The position numbers and the translations under genes are program-made. Source: Monocercomonoides exilis PA203 (taxonomy: Eukaryota > Protista > Preaxostyla). Taken from it: 64,000 nucleotides of DNA. How positions within the stretch are numbered: position 1 is the first letter of the stretch; every line of letters begins with the position of its first letter. Of this stretch, positions 13,901 through 27,500 are shown piece after piece. The stretch is taken from positions 496,001 through 560,000 of the forward strand of contig LSRY02000028.1 of the NCBI GenBank assembly GCA_001643675.2, given 5' to 3'. Under the pieces are notes generated by a model. The model saw only the letters and a list, made by a program, of their open reading frames with translations. It was not told the origin of the DNA and made no database searches.

Positions 13901-15610
13901 GCTGTGGTGATGGCAATGGCAGCGATGGAGGTGATGGTTCTGGAGATTCCTCCTCCTCATCGTCTGCGTATTTGTCATCGTCTTTGTCCAGCGAAGACGG
14001 GAACAAGGATATTTCCCTCACCTCGCAGACGCTGTCGTGTGTGCTCACATGTGATGCCCCCAACATCACTCGTGTTGAGGCCAAGTTCCGCTTCCTCGAG
14101 GGTAAGCCGGGTGTGATGAAGCTTCTTGTCGTGCCGCGCAGTGCTGTCTCCACCGCTGCCACCATCTCCCACGACATCCGCCCGCTCTGCCTCCACCGCC
14201 GGCTGCAGGTGAAGTCCACGCCCATCCAGCCACAGGACGCTATTTCTGCCAGCGGCGCATCGTCGACGTCGGCTGCGGTGCAGGAAAAACTGGGACCGCC
14301 ACTGAATGTGATGGTATGATAGTGGTGATGGTGATTGTGTTTATGTTTTGTTCTATTTTTTGGAATATAAACGATTTTCTTTTTTTCTTTTTTCTTTTTT
14401 CTTTTTGAAATGTAATATTTAACATATTTATTTATTTTATTTGATTTCATTATATCTTTATCTATCACAGAAAATCACAGGTCCGTTCTCAGCAGCTGAT
14501 GCGCACACGTGGATGCATCAATGCTTTGACAATGTGCCTCCACGAAGTCAGAGTGAAATTGGACATATTGAATTTATTTCAGCTTTTCTGGGGACAAAGT
14601 TGACAGTTGATTACAAGTTTGAAGCTCTTGTTAATTGAAGACTTTGATTATTATTAATTTTTAAAATGACAAATGATTATTTTTTAATCTTTTATTCGTT
14701 TTTATTCAATGTGTTTCAAATATTCCATAATTTTTGAACACAATCCTGTTTCATTACCAATTACTGTTATTCTGTTTTTTTGTATGTGCTACATTCACAA
14801 AAAATTTTAGAGCATCAGAAATAATTGCAAAATCAGACAACATTTCAGCTCTTGCCGTGATCAAAGAACACATCTCAAAGAAGACTATTATCACAATGGT
14901 TAAAACAAAAGTGTCGATGGGTTTGTTCTTTCCTTTCTTCCTTCTTTCTTTCTTTTGACTCTAAAATGGAATCTATTTCATTTTAATCGCAATTCTTATT
15001 TGTTTTTTCTCTTTTTATTTATCTTCTTGAACAAAAACTTCATTTCACACAAAATTGCAATGCTCAACCTTGACATTATAATTAATCTTTCAGAGGTTAA
15101 AGACGAGACTGTGAAGAGTGTCCTGAAGCTTGTCCATCCACTGTACAACAAAATGGCAGTATTTCTTCAACAATACGAATTCATCGGATGTCTCAAGGTG
15201 TGATTTATTCTCATAATAATTAGCTTGTTTTAAAGTTTGATGTCTTAAATAAATGATTACAAACACAAACAAAAAAAAAAACAGGAAATCAAAGAAGCAG
15301 AAGATGACGATTCTTTCTTTTCAGATGAGCAACTTGCTCTGTTATCTGCTCCTGCTGCTAGCGGTAATACAGAATATATTGATAAAGTTAGAACTAATCA
15401 TAACTATCTTCAAAGTTTGCAATCATTTGCTTTTTTATTTTGAAAACATATTTATGTATTTTTAACCATTTTTCAGCAATTATTACCAATCTGTTTATTG
15501 ATTACAACACATTCCATGGCATTCCATTTGAAAACAGACTTGTAACTTTAAAGAGGATCTTATCCAAACCATTTCCATTGGACGAAATCCTTTCTATATT
15601 TTTAAGATGA
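10937..15610 (+). CDS. BBS7: BBSome subunit BBS7, ~16 exons
   Basis: N-terminus 'LNLNRVDFLQVG..LKVLP..TIVVGDKNGDV', then 'IRPLCLHRR', 'ITGPFSAADAHTWMHQCF' and 'KSDNISALAVIKEHISK' match BBS7. 15 GT-AG introns traced. Stop TGA at 15608-15610. Confidence 0.9.
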
Positions 15611-15769
15611 TTGATATATCCTTCAACAATTTGTTTTTTATTACAATAATTATCATATTTTTTTGTGTGAATTAGCAATTTTATTTTATTGTGGCCTGGA
15701 ACAGATCAGAATTTTTTTAATCAATCAATTCTCCTTCACGATAATAGAGAATTAATATCTAATGAATAA

Positions 15770-18700
15770 ATGTCAGATACGATAAGGGTTAGATTTTTGC
15801 AGGAGGTTTCTCGACTAAATGAAGAGGCTCACGGATTATCTTTTTCTACAACAACTCAAACTGAATTGGATCAAGAGAAGGAAGATGAACTCAGAAAGCA
15901 AATAGAACAGCAAAAAAAGGAAAGAAATGAAATTGCTGAAAGAAAACAAAAAATGATTGATTGGGGATTTCCTGAAGAATTGATTTACACATCTTTTGAT
16001 AAGTATTTCATTAAAAATCAAATAAGTGAAGATAAAAGTTCGCAGTCAAATTTAACTATGCAAGGTGAACATGAATTTATTCCTCCACAACCTGTCACAA
16101 AAAAGATTAAAGTGAGCGACATTGTTGTTGATTCAGATGGAATAAAGTTCAATGGAGTAAAGCAAAAAGTTCGATTCGTTTTTTCCGACGAAAAAGATGA
16201 AAAAGAAATGGTAAATGCACTATTTTCTTTGATGTTATTCCATTTTGAAATTTTTATTTTGCTTCAATATTTTTCAGAATAACTTGACATCCAAACAAAA
16301 AAACAAGAAAAAAGAACGCATTGATTCTGAAGATGCAATTGCTAAAATGGCTTTTCATGCACCACCTTATCCGTTATCAGATAAATATAGGCTTCTTTTG
16401 TTTCGTTTGATTAACAGCTCTTTGCTTCCTCAGCCTGAAAAAGTTTTTGGGAAAATCAAACAAACTGGAAAGGATCTGCCAATATCTGTGCCTCCTGTAT
16501 TTCCAAAGCATTCTTTATCCAAAGAACATAAAAAAGATGAAAATGACGCTGGACGTATTTCAGAAAGCAATCTACGTGATGAAAAAGAAAAGACTGATAG
16601 CGACTCAGAAGAACCGGAGATTCCAATTCCATATGTTTTAGCAGACACAGACACCGATAAAGGAAAAGCAGACTCCAATCTTTCAATCGAAGCACTCTTC
16701 ACAACGTCGCCTTCGTCAATTCCGCCTGAAGATAAGCGCCCGCTGATGATGCATCCGCTCCTGTCGTCAACAGCCATCCGAGTTCTGCCAGACGGACAGA
16801 CGCTCGAGTCAACCACAGAAGGCAGCGCCACCTCAAAGGCATCGCATTCTGTGATGGAAGGGACGTGGTTCTTTGAGGTGACCATTTTGGACAATTCGCT
16901 AACAAACGCAAAGATTGACTCAGAAGCTGCTGCTGGCTTGGAAATAGACGACGATGGAACATTCAGGATTCCTATGAATGAGGCAGCTGCAAAGAAGAAG
17001 TCAGAGCGAATGCTAAAAGACGATCTTGAACTTCAGACGATTGAAAAGGAAGTTTTGAAGGCGGAAGGGAAAACCGCATCAAATGAAAGCATGGAACTTG
17101 AGCCATTTGAGATTGTTCTGTCAACCGCAACTCGAAGGGATATTGCTTCTGAATTTGCGCCTTCAGCTGCTTCGTCTGCTTTTTCCTCCTTCCATCAGTC
17201 TGTTCCGCCTCTTCCGCATGTGCGTGTGGGCTGGGCGATGGACGAGGCAGAGACAGAAGAAGTGCTGGGGAGCGATAGATTTGGATATGGGCTGGATGAC
17301 AAGAACGGATGGGTGATGCACGACGGGAGGGTGGTGAGGGTGATGAACAAAGGGCACCGCTGGGGAAATACTTGTTCTGGTGAGATTGATTCATTGGAAG
17401 ATATGAATGAAAGCAAGCACGAAAGCTTTCACAAGGAATCTGGCGAAGATGGAAAACAGATTGAAAACGAGAAGAAAGAGAAGGAGATAGAGAAAGGAAG
17501 TGAAGATGATTGCGGAGACGGAGAAGGAGACAAAACACAAGAAATAACTCCGTCCCTGCTGGAACAGCTCACTGCACCTCCACCTGGATTTTTGTGGGAA
17601 GATGATAAATACCTTCTTTCTGCACAGGCGACAGTTGCTCCAAAACAAAACAGCGTCTGTCTGCCTCATTACACACCACGACCTCTTCTCCCAGGCGATG
17701 TGATTGGATGTCTCATCCATCTGCCGATGATTCCTGAAAGGGTGCAGCGCAGAGAAGCAGAGCTGCAGGCGCTGCACTATGTCATCACTCAGACATCCTC
17801 TTATTACGCAGAGGAGTCAAAACGACCCACTATTCCCGTGATGGGGAGCTTTATCGCATATTATTTGAACGGGGAATCGCTCGGCATTGGAGCTGTCGAT
17901 ATTGAGCGAGGCGCATACCGCCCAGCTGTGTCGATAGGGGCAGGTGCGCGAGTGATGGTGAACTTTGGAAAGAACTTCCGCTATCCACCAGATTGGCCAT
18001 TGTTATTGAAGAATGTTGTGGTTGGGAAAGCAATGCGGAGAGAATGGGAAGCGATGAAAGAATTTGCTATAAAACAGGCTAAGTTGGAAGAAGAGCTACA
18101 CTCAAGCAAATCATTACGCTCATCCAAAGGAGAAGAGAGCACCGTTAATACGAGTGCAATTGAAATGAAGCTTCTTCAGCCGTTTCTTCCGCAGCCGACT
18201 CTTCCCGAGGAGAAAAGTGATGATGCTCTGAGAAAGCAAATTCTGCTGTTGATTGAGAACGGAGAAGTTATCATCCGTCCTCTTTTGACGGCGAAGAGGA
18301 AAATGTGGATGGAAGAGACGCTTGCTGAGCAGATCGGGGTGAATGAAGATGGAAGCGAGCGTTTCGACTTTCTTCCTCAAGCAGAGGATAAAAATGCAGG
18401 GTTCAGCAATTCAAAGAGCGAAAGCATTGCGTTTGGGGATACGACTGAGCAATATGTCGACAAAGTATCATCGGCCCTTTTATTTGGCAAAAGCACTTCA
18501 TCCACAATTGGAACAAATGAGCGTGCAAAGCCTGACTATTTGTCACTTCTGCCGCCCTTACCAGATGCCAATCCTCCGCTGAGTGTCTACACCCCGTCTC
18601 TTGTCAGTCTCCGCTCAGACATCCAGAAGTCGCTTGTTCAAAGCTTCATCAAAAGCACCAAGCGCAGGACAAGAGCCTACTACGACACAAAGCGGCTTAT

Positions 18701-19556
18701 GCAGATGATCTCCAGCGAGAACCAGGCTACGCCGTCGATGCTGATGGAGTGCCGGAGAGGATGCTACTGCCTCGCCACCACCACACACCCAAACCCGCTG
18801 CCGTACTGGACTCCTGCCCACTCCTTTTCGTTTCAGGCAAAGAAGGAGATGGTGTGCCAGTGCGATCTGTGCAACTACCACCGCCGCAACAATTCGCAGA
18901 GCATCAGAATTTCACCAAATACGTTCTTATCACATAGCCCGATAGAACCTTCTTCGCTCACATCGCCTTTGTTCTCTGCCCAGTGCAGCCTCAGCCCCCG
19001 CACTTCATCACCTTTTCGTGCATTCTACACACAACCACCTCTTATTCCACCATCTCATCCATGTCATCTTCCCTTCTCTCCTGCTGCTATCCATTCTTCT
19101 TCACTTCATCCACATCCACTTCAAACCGAAGAGACATATCTCATTCTGTCGCTTCTCTACCGCCGACCTCCTCTGCCTCGACTGCTCTACTGGTGCTCTT
19201 CTGTGCTCAGCCGCCGTGTTCCGCAAGTGGCTGCCTCAGCACTCCCTGCAGCTCAGTCGCATTCAGATACGTATCGACGAATACGGTCCCTTGGCCACTC
19301 CAACCACTCTTCTTTTGGAAGCATTTCCAGACGCTCTCAACAGGGTGATAAAGACAGAGAGCGCAAATCTCCATTTCTTGCAGGTTCTGGTGGCATTTCA
19401 GCCGCCAGCTCTTCTGAGGCATCCAAGAAAAGCTCAGTATCTTCTGGGCTTTTGCTGTATGACGATGAAGAAGCATCGTGGAAGAAAGAGCGGAAAAGTA
19501 GAATTTCTGCAGTGAAAAAGATGCATTCCATAGCAAAGGGAATGCTTCAAAATTAG
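15770..19556 (+). CDS. ASH2L: COMPASS subunit Ash2/Bre2-like SPRY protein with large insertions, 2 exons
   Basis: 'KASHSVMEGTWFFEV', 'VRVGW..VLGSDRFGYG', 'GDVIGCLIHLP' and 'GSFIAYYLNG..GAYRPAVSI..VNFGKNFRYPP' are collinear with the Ash2 SPRY domain. Intron ~16211-16278. Confidence 0.75.
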
Positions 19557-19784
19557 TTTAGGATCATTTCATTTTTTTGATGGTTTTTATTTTCATTAGT
19601 CATTTGCTACGAACACATTAAAAATATTATGTTTATGTAAGATTTCAATATGTTGTGCACATTTCATTTTAAGTGCAATCGAAATTTCTCAACATGGAGT
19701 TGAAAAAAGCATTTTCTATTTTGCTATCCAAATCGAACACAAACTGGTTTTTCTTTTCAAATATTTGTAATATCAGAATTGTTT

Positions 19785-20467
19785 CACCAAAAATAATTCA
19801 ACATCGAAAAAGTTTAATTCTAGATCGAAATTAAAAGAAACTGATATGAGCATTAATTTTGTAATTTTTTTCAAAATTTTTGATGACGATGTATTTTCGA
19901 TTTCGAATTTAACATCTTCAATCTCGAATAAAAATTTTCCGATTTCGAATAATTCTTTCGGTGAATGATCTGAGGAATTTATCAACTTCAATCAGAAAAA
20001 AACATATTTGTATTTGTTTTAATGTTTGATTGTGTGTAATAGCGTGAATAGGATAAAATCGAATAATATTAAAACTCTTCACATGTGTTCAGGAGATTAT
20101 TAGAAATTAAAGAAAAAAATACAAGTGATAGGATAGTTCGTGATCTTATTTTGTGTGTGAAAAGACAGATATTTATCTCATATATTGAAAACGAAATGTT
20201 TTGAATTTCATATATTGCATTGGAATCTGATAGAATATAACATTTACAATCTTCAAAATGAGAAAAGAATCGATTGATATCAGTCTTTATCATAGAAAAC
20301 AGTCGTTCAAAACGAAAGAAAAACATTTCCAATAAATAAACATTTGCAATTATAAACTTTTGTGTCAATAAAATTTCTTTGGTTTTGACTTGAATAGAAA
20401 TTCTGAACAAATTATCTTCTTTTTCGATTTCGAATTAAAGTTTTTCGATCTTGAATAATTTTTGATG
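19785..20467. repeat. Three copies of a ~45-bp TCGA-rich unit, one inverted; MITE/foldback-like remnant
   Basis: 19785-19830 is an imperfect reverse complement of both 19895-19935 and 20422-20467. Confidence 0.6.
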
Positions 20468-20814
20468 TAGAAGGCACCAAAAAAATCACGATCTGCGTAA
20501 AGCTTGGTTGAATGTCTGAAATATAGAGTATCCATTAAATCAAACAATGAAATTTTTGCCAAAAAAACAAAAATGCCCTGATTTAAACAATGAGTCATAA
20601 ACAAAAAATTATTTATTTTTTAAATTCATCTTGATAAAAGAGAATAAAATGGATAATTGGAAAAAATGAAGGAAAAATACTTGGATAAAAACTCAAATAA
20701 AATAACAAACTATCAAGAAATAGTATCTGTTTCATGTATCAACTCAACAATAAATAACTATATTTTAGTTGCAATTTATTAATAAAGCAACTTCACCATC
20801 TTAACAACAACAGC

Positions 20815-20940
20815 AAAAAAAAAAAAAAAAAGAAAGAAAGAAAAAAAAAAAAGAAAAAGAAAAAGAAAAGAAAAGAAAGAGAAAGAGAAAGAGAAAGAGA
20901 AAAAGAAAAAGAAAAAGAAAAAAAAATAAAAAAAAAAAAC
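20815..20940. repeat. A/AAAG/AAAGAG microsatellite
   Basis: Directly visible purine-only simple repeat. Confidence 0.9.
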
Positions 20941-21440
20941 TTCAGTTGAGATGACGGAATTTTTTTTTTTTGATTGAAGTAGTAAAGATTCATATGATAA
21001 TAAATTAATGATTCAGATTCAAAAATAAGACAGTAAAGTTTTTGTAATGGAACAGTTTTTAACAAAAATTGTATATCACACATTGATGCTTCAAATAATC
21101 TTTGAAAGCACAGAACATTTCATCAAATCTTCATTATATTCAAAAACTTGATGAATCGACGGATACCCCAATATGAACAAGTAAACAAAGTCACTCTCCA
21201 TAAATCATTAATGCAAGAATGTTTTGTTCAAGATTTCAAGAACATTGTAAGTAGTTGCTCTTTTGTTCATCAATGTCGCTTTAAAAGTGCCGCAACTTGA
21301 AGGTCATTATAATCTTCTCAACAACAGTGATGAAAGAAATTTGAAGGATTTTGGACTTTGAACGATTGCAAACCAATTTGATTCCTGCAAAGCAAAATCA
21401 AAGAAGAATTTTAACAACTGAGTTTCGGAAGACAACTTGC

Positions 21441-24178
21441 TCATTTGTGATATGTAATAATTGGCTCGGGTGTCTTTCTCGCTAATTCACTCACACTGAA
21501 TGTCAATGGCTGATTTCTTTCTGCTGCTCGGAATGCATGTGCCTCAGACTCCTTCTGTTTTTGTTTCAAACTTCTCGCTCGCTTCTCACAGCCATAGGTG
21601 TCAAATGCCCAGAGAGCTTTCCGTTTTTCTGGTGTCAGGCTCATCATCACTGTCTTCAGAGTTATCTTTTCACTTTTCCATTCTGCCATTCGCTTTGATT
21701 TGTAAATCTTCATATTCTTTTCCATTTTTTCAAACCATTCGTTTTCTGTCTCATTTATCCATGTTTTTCTTTCATTGTTTACGGAAATCAGCTTTTGATT
21801 CGCAAAAAACGGAACAAAAAAGATGTCACTTCTTTCAACAAGCAGCATCAGCTCCTCCATTTTCCTTTCTTTCTTCAGAGGATCTCTTCCCCATCGCGCA
21901 AATCGTTCAATTCTTTGCAGCTTTCTCGACAAATCTAATTCATGTAGATATTCTTCTTCCTCATCCACCACACAGCCCTGTTCCGTTGAATAAATCCAAT
22001 TCTCATCAACTTCTTTTGTGATAACAACTTTCAATGCGTCTTGTTCATTTTCTGGATTTGTATCTTCGTTCCAGTTGTATTCATCTTCCACGCCTGTTGA
22101 AATCTGCATGGTTCTTTCTATTGAATACTTTTGATCATTTGTCCACTGTTCTTCTGATTGATTTTGGTAGTTAGTTAATTTTGAACCCTGTTTTTGATTC
22201 AAATAAGAAGAATGATAAGTTTCTAAGCAAGAATTTCTCTCATTCTTCTTTTCTATCAATTCTACTGAAAGCAAAGGATATTCTTCGCAATTGTACAAGA
22301 GAGATCGATTGTCATTTCTTTTTTCTGAAATTTCAATTTCTTTTATTTCTTCTTGTTCGAATTTTTCGTTCTTTTTGTTTGAAAATGTTGGATTGCTAAT
22401 GCGTTTTTTCGTTTCATAGTTTTCTTCAAGGTTTTTGTATTTCTTCTTTTTCTCTTTCTCTTTCTTTTTCATCTCCATATATCTGTCCAAAACACTCATT
22501 TGTGTGAATCTTTCAATTTTCATTTGTTTTTTCTCTTCTTTGTTCACTTCATCAATAAGTCTTTTTGCCATCTCTTCGTTTATTTCAGCTCCATCTGAAT
22601 GAAGTCTGCTTTGCATTTCTTCGAGTGTCAAATTCTCGCTCAAGCTGTCATTCTTCTGTCCATCAATTAACTCATCTCCACAAACAATTTTCTCATACGC
22701 ACTTTTCCACGTTCCTTCTTCCCATTCATCTCTCATCCAACTTTTCGTCACCCAGACTCCAAATGTTCTGAAGTGCTTCTCGGCATCTTTTATCTGCCGC
22801 ATCACCAAATCCTTTCTGCGTTCTTCAATTTTAGCATTTTCTTCATTATCATCATTAACGCTTAAGCAGGAGCATTCACCTTCCTTATTATTATTGTCAT
22901 CATCGGAATTTCTGTCGTATGCATTATTCTCATTCTCTCCTTTCATTTGTTTCTCCATCAGCGTTGCATCGATCCTGGCACCAGCGTCTGATCTGATTAA
23001 ACACCCGTTTCTGCTTTCTCTCTTCATTAACTCTCTATCCTCTCTGTTCCACTTGTTCTTCAGTTCTTCACCCCTCTGTGTGCCGATGCGAGACTCCATT
23101 TTCCCATCAACTTCAACCTCAACATCCCGACTAACCTCTCCCCGACTTAATTGAAGAGGTTTCCAATGAGCCATTGACCAATCCAGCGGACTTTCTTCAT
23201 CACAAAGCTCCTTTTTCTCACTCTCTGTTTTTCTGCCTCGGACGTCAGTGTCATCATTATGTATTCTAATTGCTTTTTTCAAATCAATTCCTGAAATTTC
23301 TCTTTCTCTTTCATCTTGTACTTCTATAAAATCGCATTTCTTCTCTTTTGCGTTTCTTTGATGGCTATTTCTAAAATGTTCAATATCTGTATGTTCAAAA
23401 GTTTCGCTTGCTGTAGTACCACTGCTGCTTGAATAACGTCTAAAATTTTCTTTTGAAATGGAATTCTTCGCTATTGCTCCAGAAAACATCTCTTCACGTA
23501 ATTTTGATGCAGTTTTTACAGAAGCCTTTTCTTCGTGTGTATCTAATGCGATTTTAGAAGGTTTTTCAACCAATCTGCACATATTTAATTCATTTTCGAA
23601 GTCGCAAGAGCTTCTAGGAATCATTAATACGCTTCCCTTGTTCACATTGAGATTATTCGGTTTTTGATTATTAAGTTTCATTTTTAATTCATGCTCAAAA
23701 AACAACATATTGTCGCTTAATGTGCAACTTTTGCATTGTGAGTCGAATCCTTTCTGATTTGTCTGACTTGGATGAAAAGAAACACTTTGTGGCAAAGGAA
23801 TTGAGAAAGGATGAGACGAACAGAGAGTTTTGCATTTGTCTTTCTCAGCATTAACATTTATATCCGACCTCCAAATTGTTGATCCACCCTTATTGTCAAG
23901 TAAAGAAGAAGAAGAAATTGACGAGGTTGCATGATGATTGAGTAATTTTTTATCCAAATTATTCTGTTCAAATAATTTTTCCAAAAGTCCATGCTTTGTG
24001 CAATCAAAAGCGCATATTGTTTCAGGTGCCTTTTGTTCTTTATAAGTTTATTAAAATTAATTCCATAAAGTTATGAGCATTATAATAAGAGAAGCAAACT
24101 TGTTGAATCATCGTGTTCTTCGTTCTGAGCTTTCTCTTGATAATCTTTAATTATTAAGCTGCAATAATCCTGATTCAT
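21441..24178 (-). CDS. Hypothetical charged/coiled-coil protein (~890 aa), 2 exons
   Basis: 847-aa ORF extended by a short upstream exon from ATG 24178 via a GTTTGC intron. No recognisable domain. Confidence 0.6.
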
Positions 24179-24543
24179 ACAAATTCAAATTCACTCTTCA
24201 CAACAAAAATAAAAGCTCTAAAACTCAATTTTTTATAATTTATTATGGTGATTCAATAATTTATTTGCAACGAAAATTTTTGAAATGATATAAAATAATA
24301 GTAAATTCACAAATGGACAATAATGCAAAAGTTTGTTTGGATGAATAAAATGAAATATTAAATATTCTTATTCAAAAAAAATCTTTTTGCTCAATGAAGA
24401 GGTTTGAAAAGTTAAAAATGGAAAATACACAAATAAAATATATCAAGACTCAAACATTCGTATGAAATATTTGTTTTGTGTAAATAATAATAAATATTAC
24501 CTTCAAAATGCTGCCCATATTATAATTAAAAACGATTAAAAAA

Positions 24544-27500
24544 ATGGATAATCAAGCGAAAAGGTTGGTTATTCAGTCAATGGAAATTGAAAATTTCAAA
24601 TCTTATTATGGAAAACATGTGCTTGGACCTTTTCATCCAGTTTGATTACTTTATTACTTTTTAACTTTTTTGTTTTATGAAAATTTCATTATTTTAAAAA
24701 TTTTTCCTTGTTACCTTTTTAGTATTTTTCCTGTGTTGTTGGTCCAAATGGAAGCGGAAAATCAAATGTAATTGATGCGTTACTTTTTGTTTTTGGATTC
24801 AGAGCCAAAAACATTCGAATGAAACGTGTTGAAGAGTTAATTCATCATAGTAATGAACATATGGATGTCATGCAAGCTAGTGTCGCAATAAACTTTGCAT
24901 TGGCATATGATTCTGTTTGTGTTTTATTTGTTATCTCAAAAATTGAAGTGCTTTTCAAATTAAAAAATGGTTTAGGATGATGATTCGGCTGAAATAGAAA
25001 AAGGAAGTGAATTTGTCGTAAGCAGAACTGTTATTCGTCGCGAAAAATCAACTGCATCAATATACAGAATTAATCATCGCGAATGTACTCTATCTGAATT
25101 GGAAGAAAAGCTTAATTTTTATGGACTTGATATTAATCATAATCGATTTCTCATCCTCCAGGGAGAAGTTGAATCAATATCATTGATGAAGCCTAAGGGC
25201 GCTACAGACAAAGAAACCGGCTTATTGGAATACATTGAAGAGATTATTGGAACAAATACTCTTATAGCACCAATTAAGGCATCGGAAGAAGCACTTGAAC
25301 AACTAACTGCAGAACGACAAGGGAAAATATTTGTTGTTCGGGTTGCGGAGTCAGAAAAGACAGCACTTGAGGGGCCAAAGGACGAGGCCGAGAATTATGT
25401 GGAAAAGCAGCGCGAATTGATCCAGTTGAAAGCCAGGAGATGTCTGCATCATCTGACAGAAGCAGAAGAGAAGCAAAACAAGTTTGTGAAATTGGGCCAA
25501 GAGGCAAACGATCAACTTAAGGAAAAAAGAGAGGCATTGGCACAGATGAAAGAAGAAGAGAAGAAGCTGAACGCAGAATATGTAGAGCTGAAGAAGATGT
25601 TTGACACAGAGTCTGCGATAATGCTTGATGTCAATAAGAAGCTGGCTGAGTCAAAAAGCACCGATGCAGATCTGAAAAAGGAGAAGGAAGCGCTCAGAAA
25701 ACGGAAAGATGTGCTCGAAAAGGAGGACAGCACCTCAGCTTCAGCCGCTAAGAACTCTGCGAATGCAGCGCAGGACGCAGAAGACCGAGTGAAGCGAGTG
25801 GAGGAAGAGATTGAGCGATGTCAAGAAGTGATTGACGAGAAAGAGAGAGAGCTCGACGACATTCGGGCAAAAGTGGCTGGTGAGACGACGAAGCAGCTGA
25901 ATCAGATAGAAGAGCTGAAGAAAAAACGTGCGATGCCGGAGAAGCAGCTGAAGAAGCTGTCAACAGAAGTGAAAGAGATGGAGAGGAGACTGAACGAAGA
26001 GCGCGAAGAAGAAGAAAGAACAGCAGCTGAGCTGAAGGAGGCAGAAGAAATGAAGACGCGTCTTGAAGCATCAGCAGCAGAAAGCAAAGAGCGGATAGAG
26101 ATGATTGAGGCAGCGCGGCAGGAGATTCTGAGGGAGCTGAAGGAGAAAGAAGCCGAAATCAAAGCGCTGAGAGAGCAAGAAGCTCGTCTGAATCAGCGCG
26201 GGATCGATCTGCAAGGAGCCATCGCGTCGTTTGAGGCGCGGCTGAGCGGGACGCAGTCGCTGGATGCGTCGACGAAGGCGCTGATGGAGATGAAGAAGCA
26301 AGGGAAGATCAGCGGGTTCTACGGGCGGCTGGGGGCACTGGGGCAGATCAGCAGAAAGCACAGGAAGGCGCTGGTGGCAGTGGCTGGTGGGAGAATGCAG
26401 AACTTTGTGGTGGAGACGGCTGAGACAGCGAGTGCGTGCGTCGGCGAGCTGAAGGCGAAGCGGCTGGGCGTGGAGACGTTTATGGTGCTGGAAAAGCTGA
26501 GGGAGCAGATGGCGGGGGAGATGGAAAGATCGGCTGTGGAATATCAGAGATGGGCGGAAGAGCAAAAGCGGAAGAAAGTTCAATGCTTGTGGATAATTTT
26601 TTTTTCTTTCTTTATTCAATTTTATTTTTGTGCTTTTATTATTTATCTTTGTTTCTCACTCTTAATTTTTCTTGAATGTGATGTGCAGACATTCCTCCAA
26701 TGCTGTATGATCTGCTTGACCCTGCCGATCCGATGTTTGCACCTTGCTTTTTCTTTGCCGTGCGATCGACGCTTGTCACAGAAAATTTGACTGATGCGCT
26801 TCATTTTGCATACGAAGACGACCGCAGGCGAAAGAAAGTAGTCACTTTGGATGGAGAAGTGGTGGATCCATCGGGAACGATGAGTGGTTATGTTGGAGGA
26901 GGAAGGAGAGGAGGAGAAGGAGGCAGAGGGAGAGGCAGAGGAGACGATGCCGCAGACAATGAGAAGATGGTTATTATGGGTGAAAAGGGGTTTGATGTGA
27001 TCACTGAGGAAGAAGAGAAAGAGTATCAGAGGAAAAGAGGAGAGCTGGAGCATGTCAACAGAGAGCTGCAGAAGACGAGGCAGAGCATTGACGAATTGGA
27101 GACAGAGATGAGAGAGCGTAGAAGAGAAAGAGCAGACAGTTCGGGCGATCAGAACTCGAAATATGTTGTGATGTCGATGGACCAGCTGAATGTTGAAGAA
27201 AGAAAAGCGAAAATGGAGTCGGAGGTTTGTCTGGTTATCTTTTTTTTAATTATCCATGTTCACAAAATACATCACCATTCTTTTTTATATTCCTTTAACT
27301 TTCTAATGCTCAATGAAATTCTAAACAATATCATTTGCTTTCTATTCTTTTAAGAGCATATCACAGCAGATGCACAACGTGCTTTCTCGTCTTTCCAGAC
27401 TTACAGCAGCAGCTGAGAAACAAGCGAGATTGTCTTCATCGTCGAATGAAAGCGAGAAGAAGAAAGGAGCACGCAGCGGGGCAGACACAGATGCGCTCAT

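Noticed and set aside
21080-21440. Coding-like sequence past the TGA of the 847-aa ORF (extra exon or readthrough)
   Set aside because: All frames close within ~50 codons and no convincing splice solution or motif was found.
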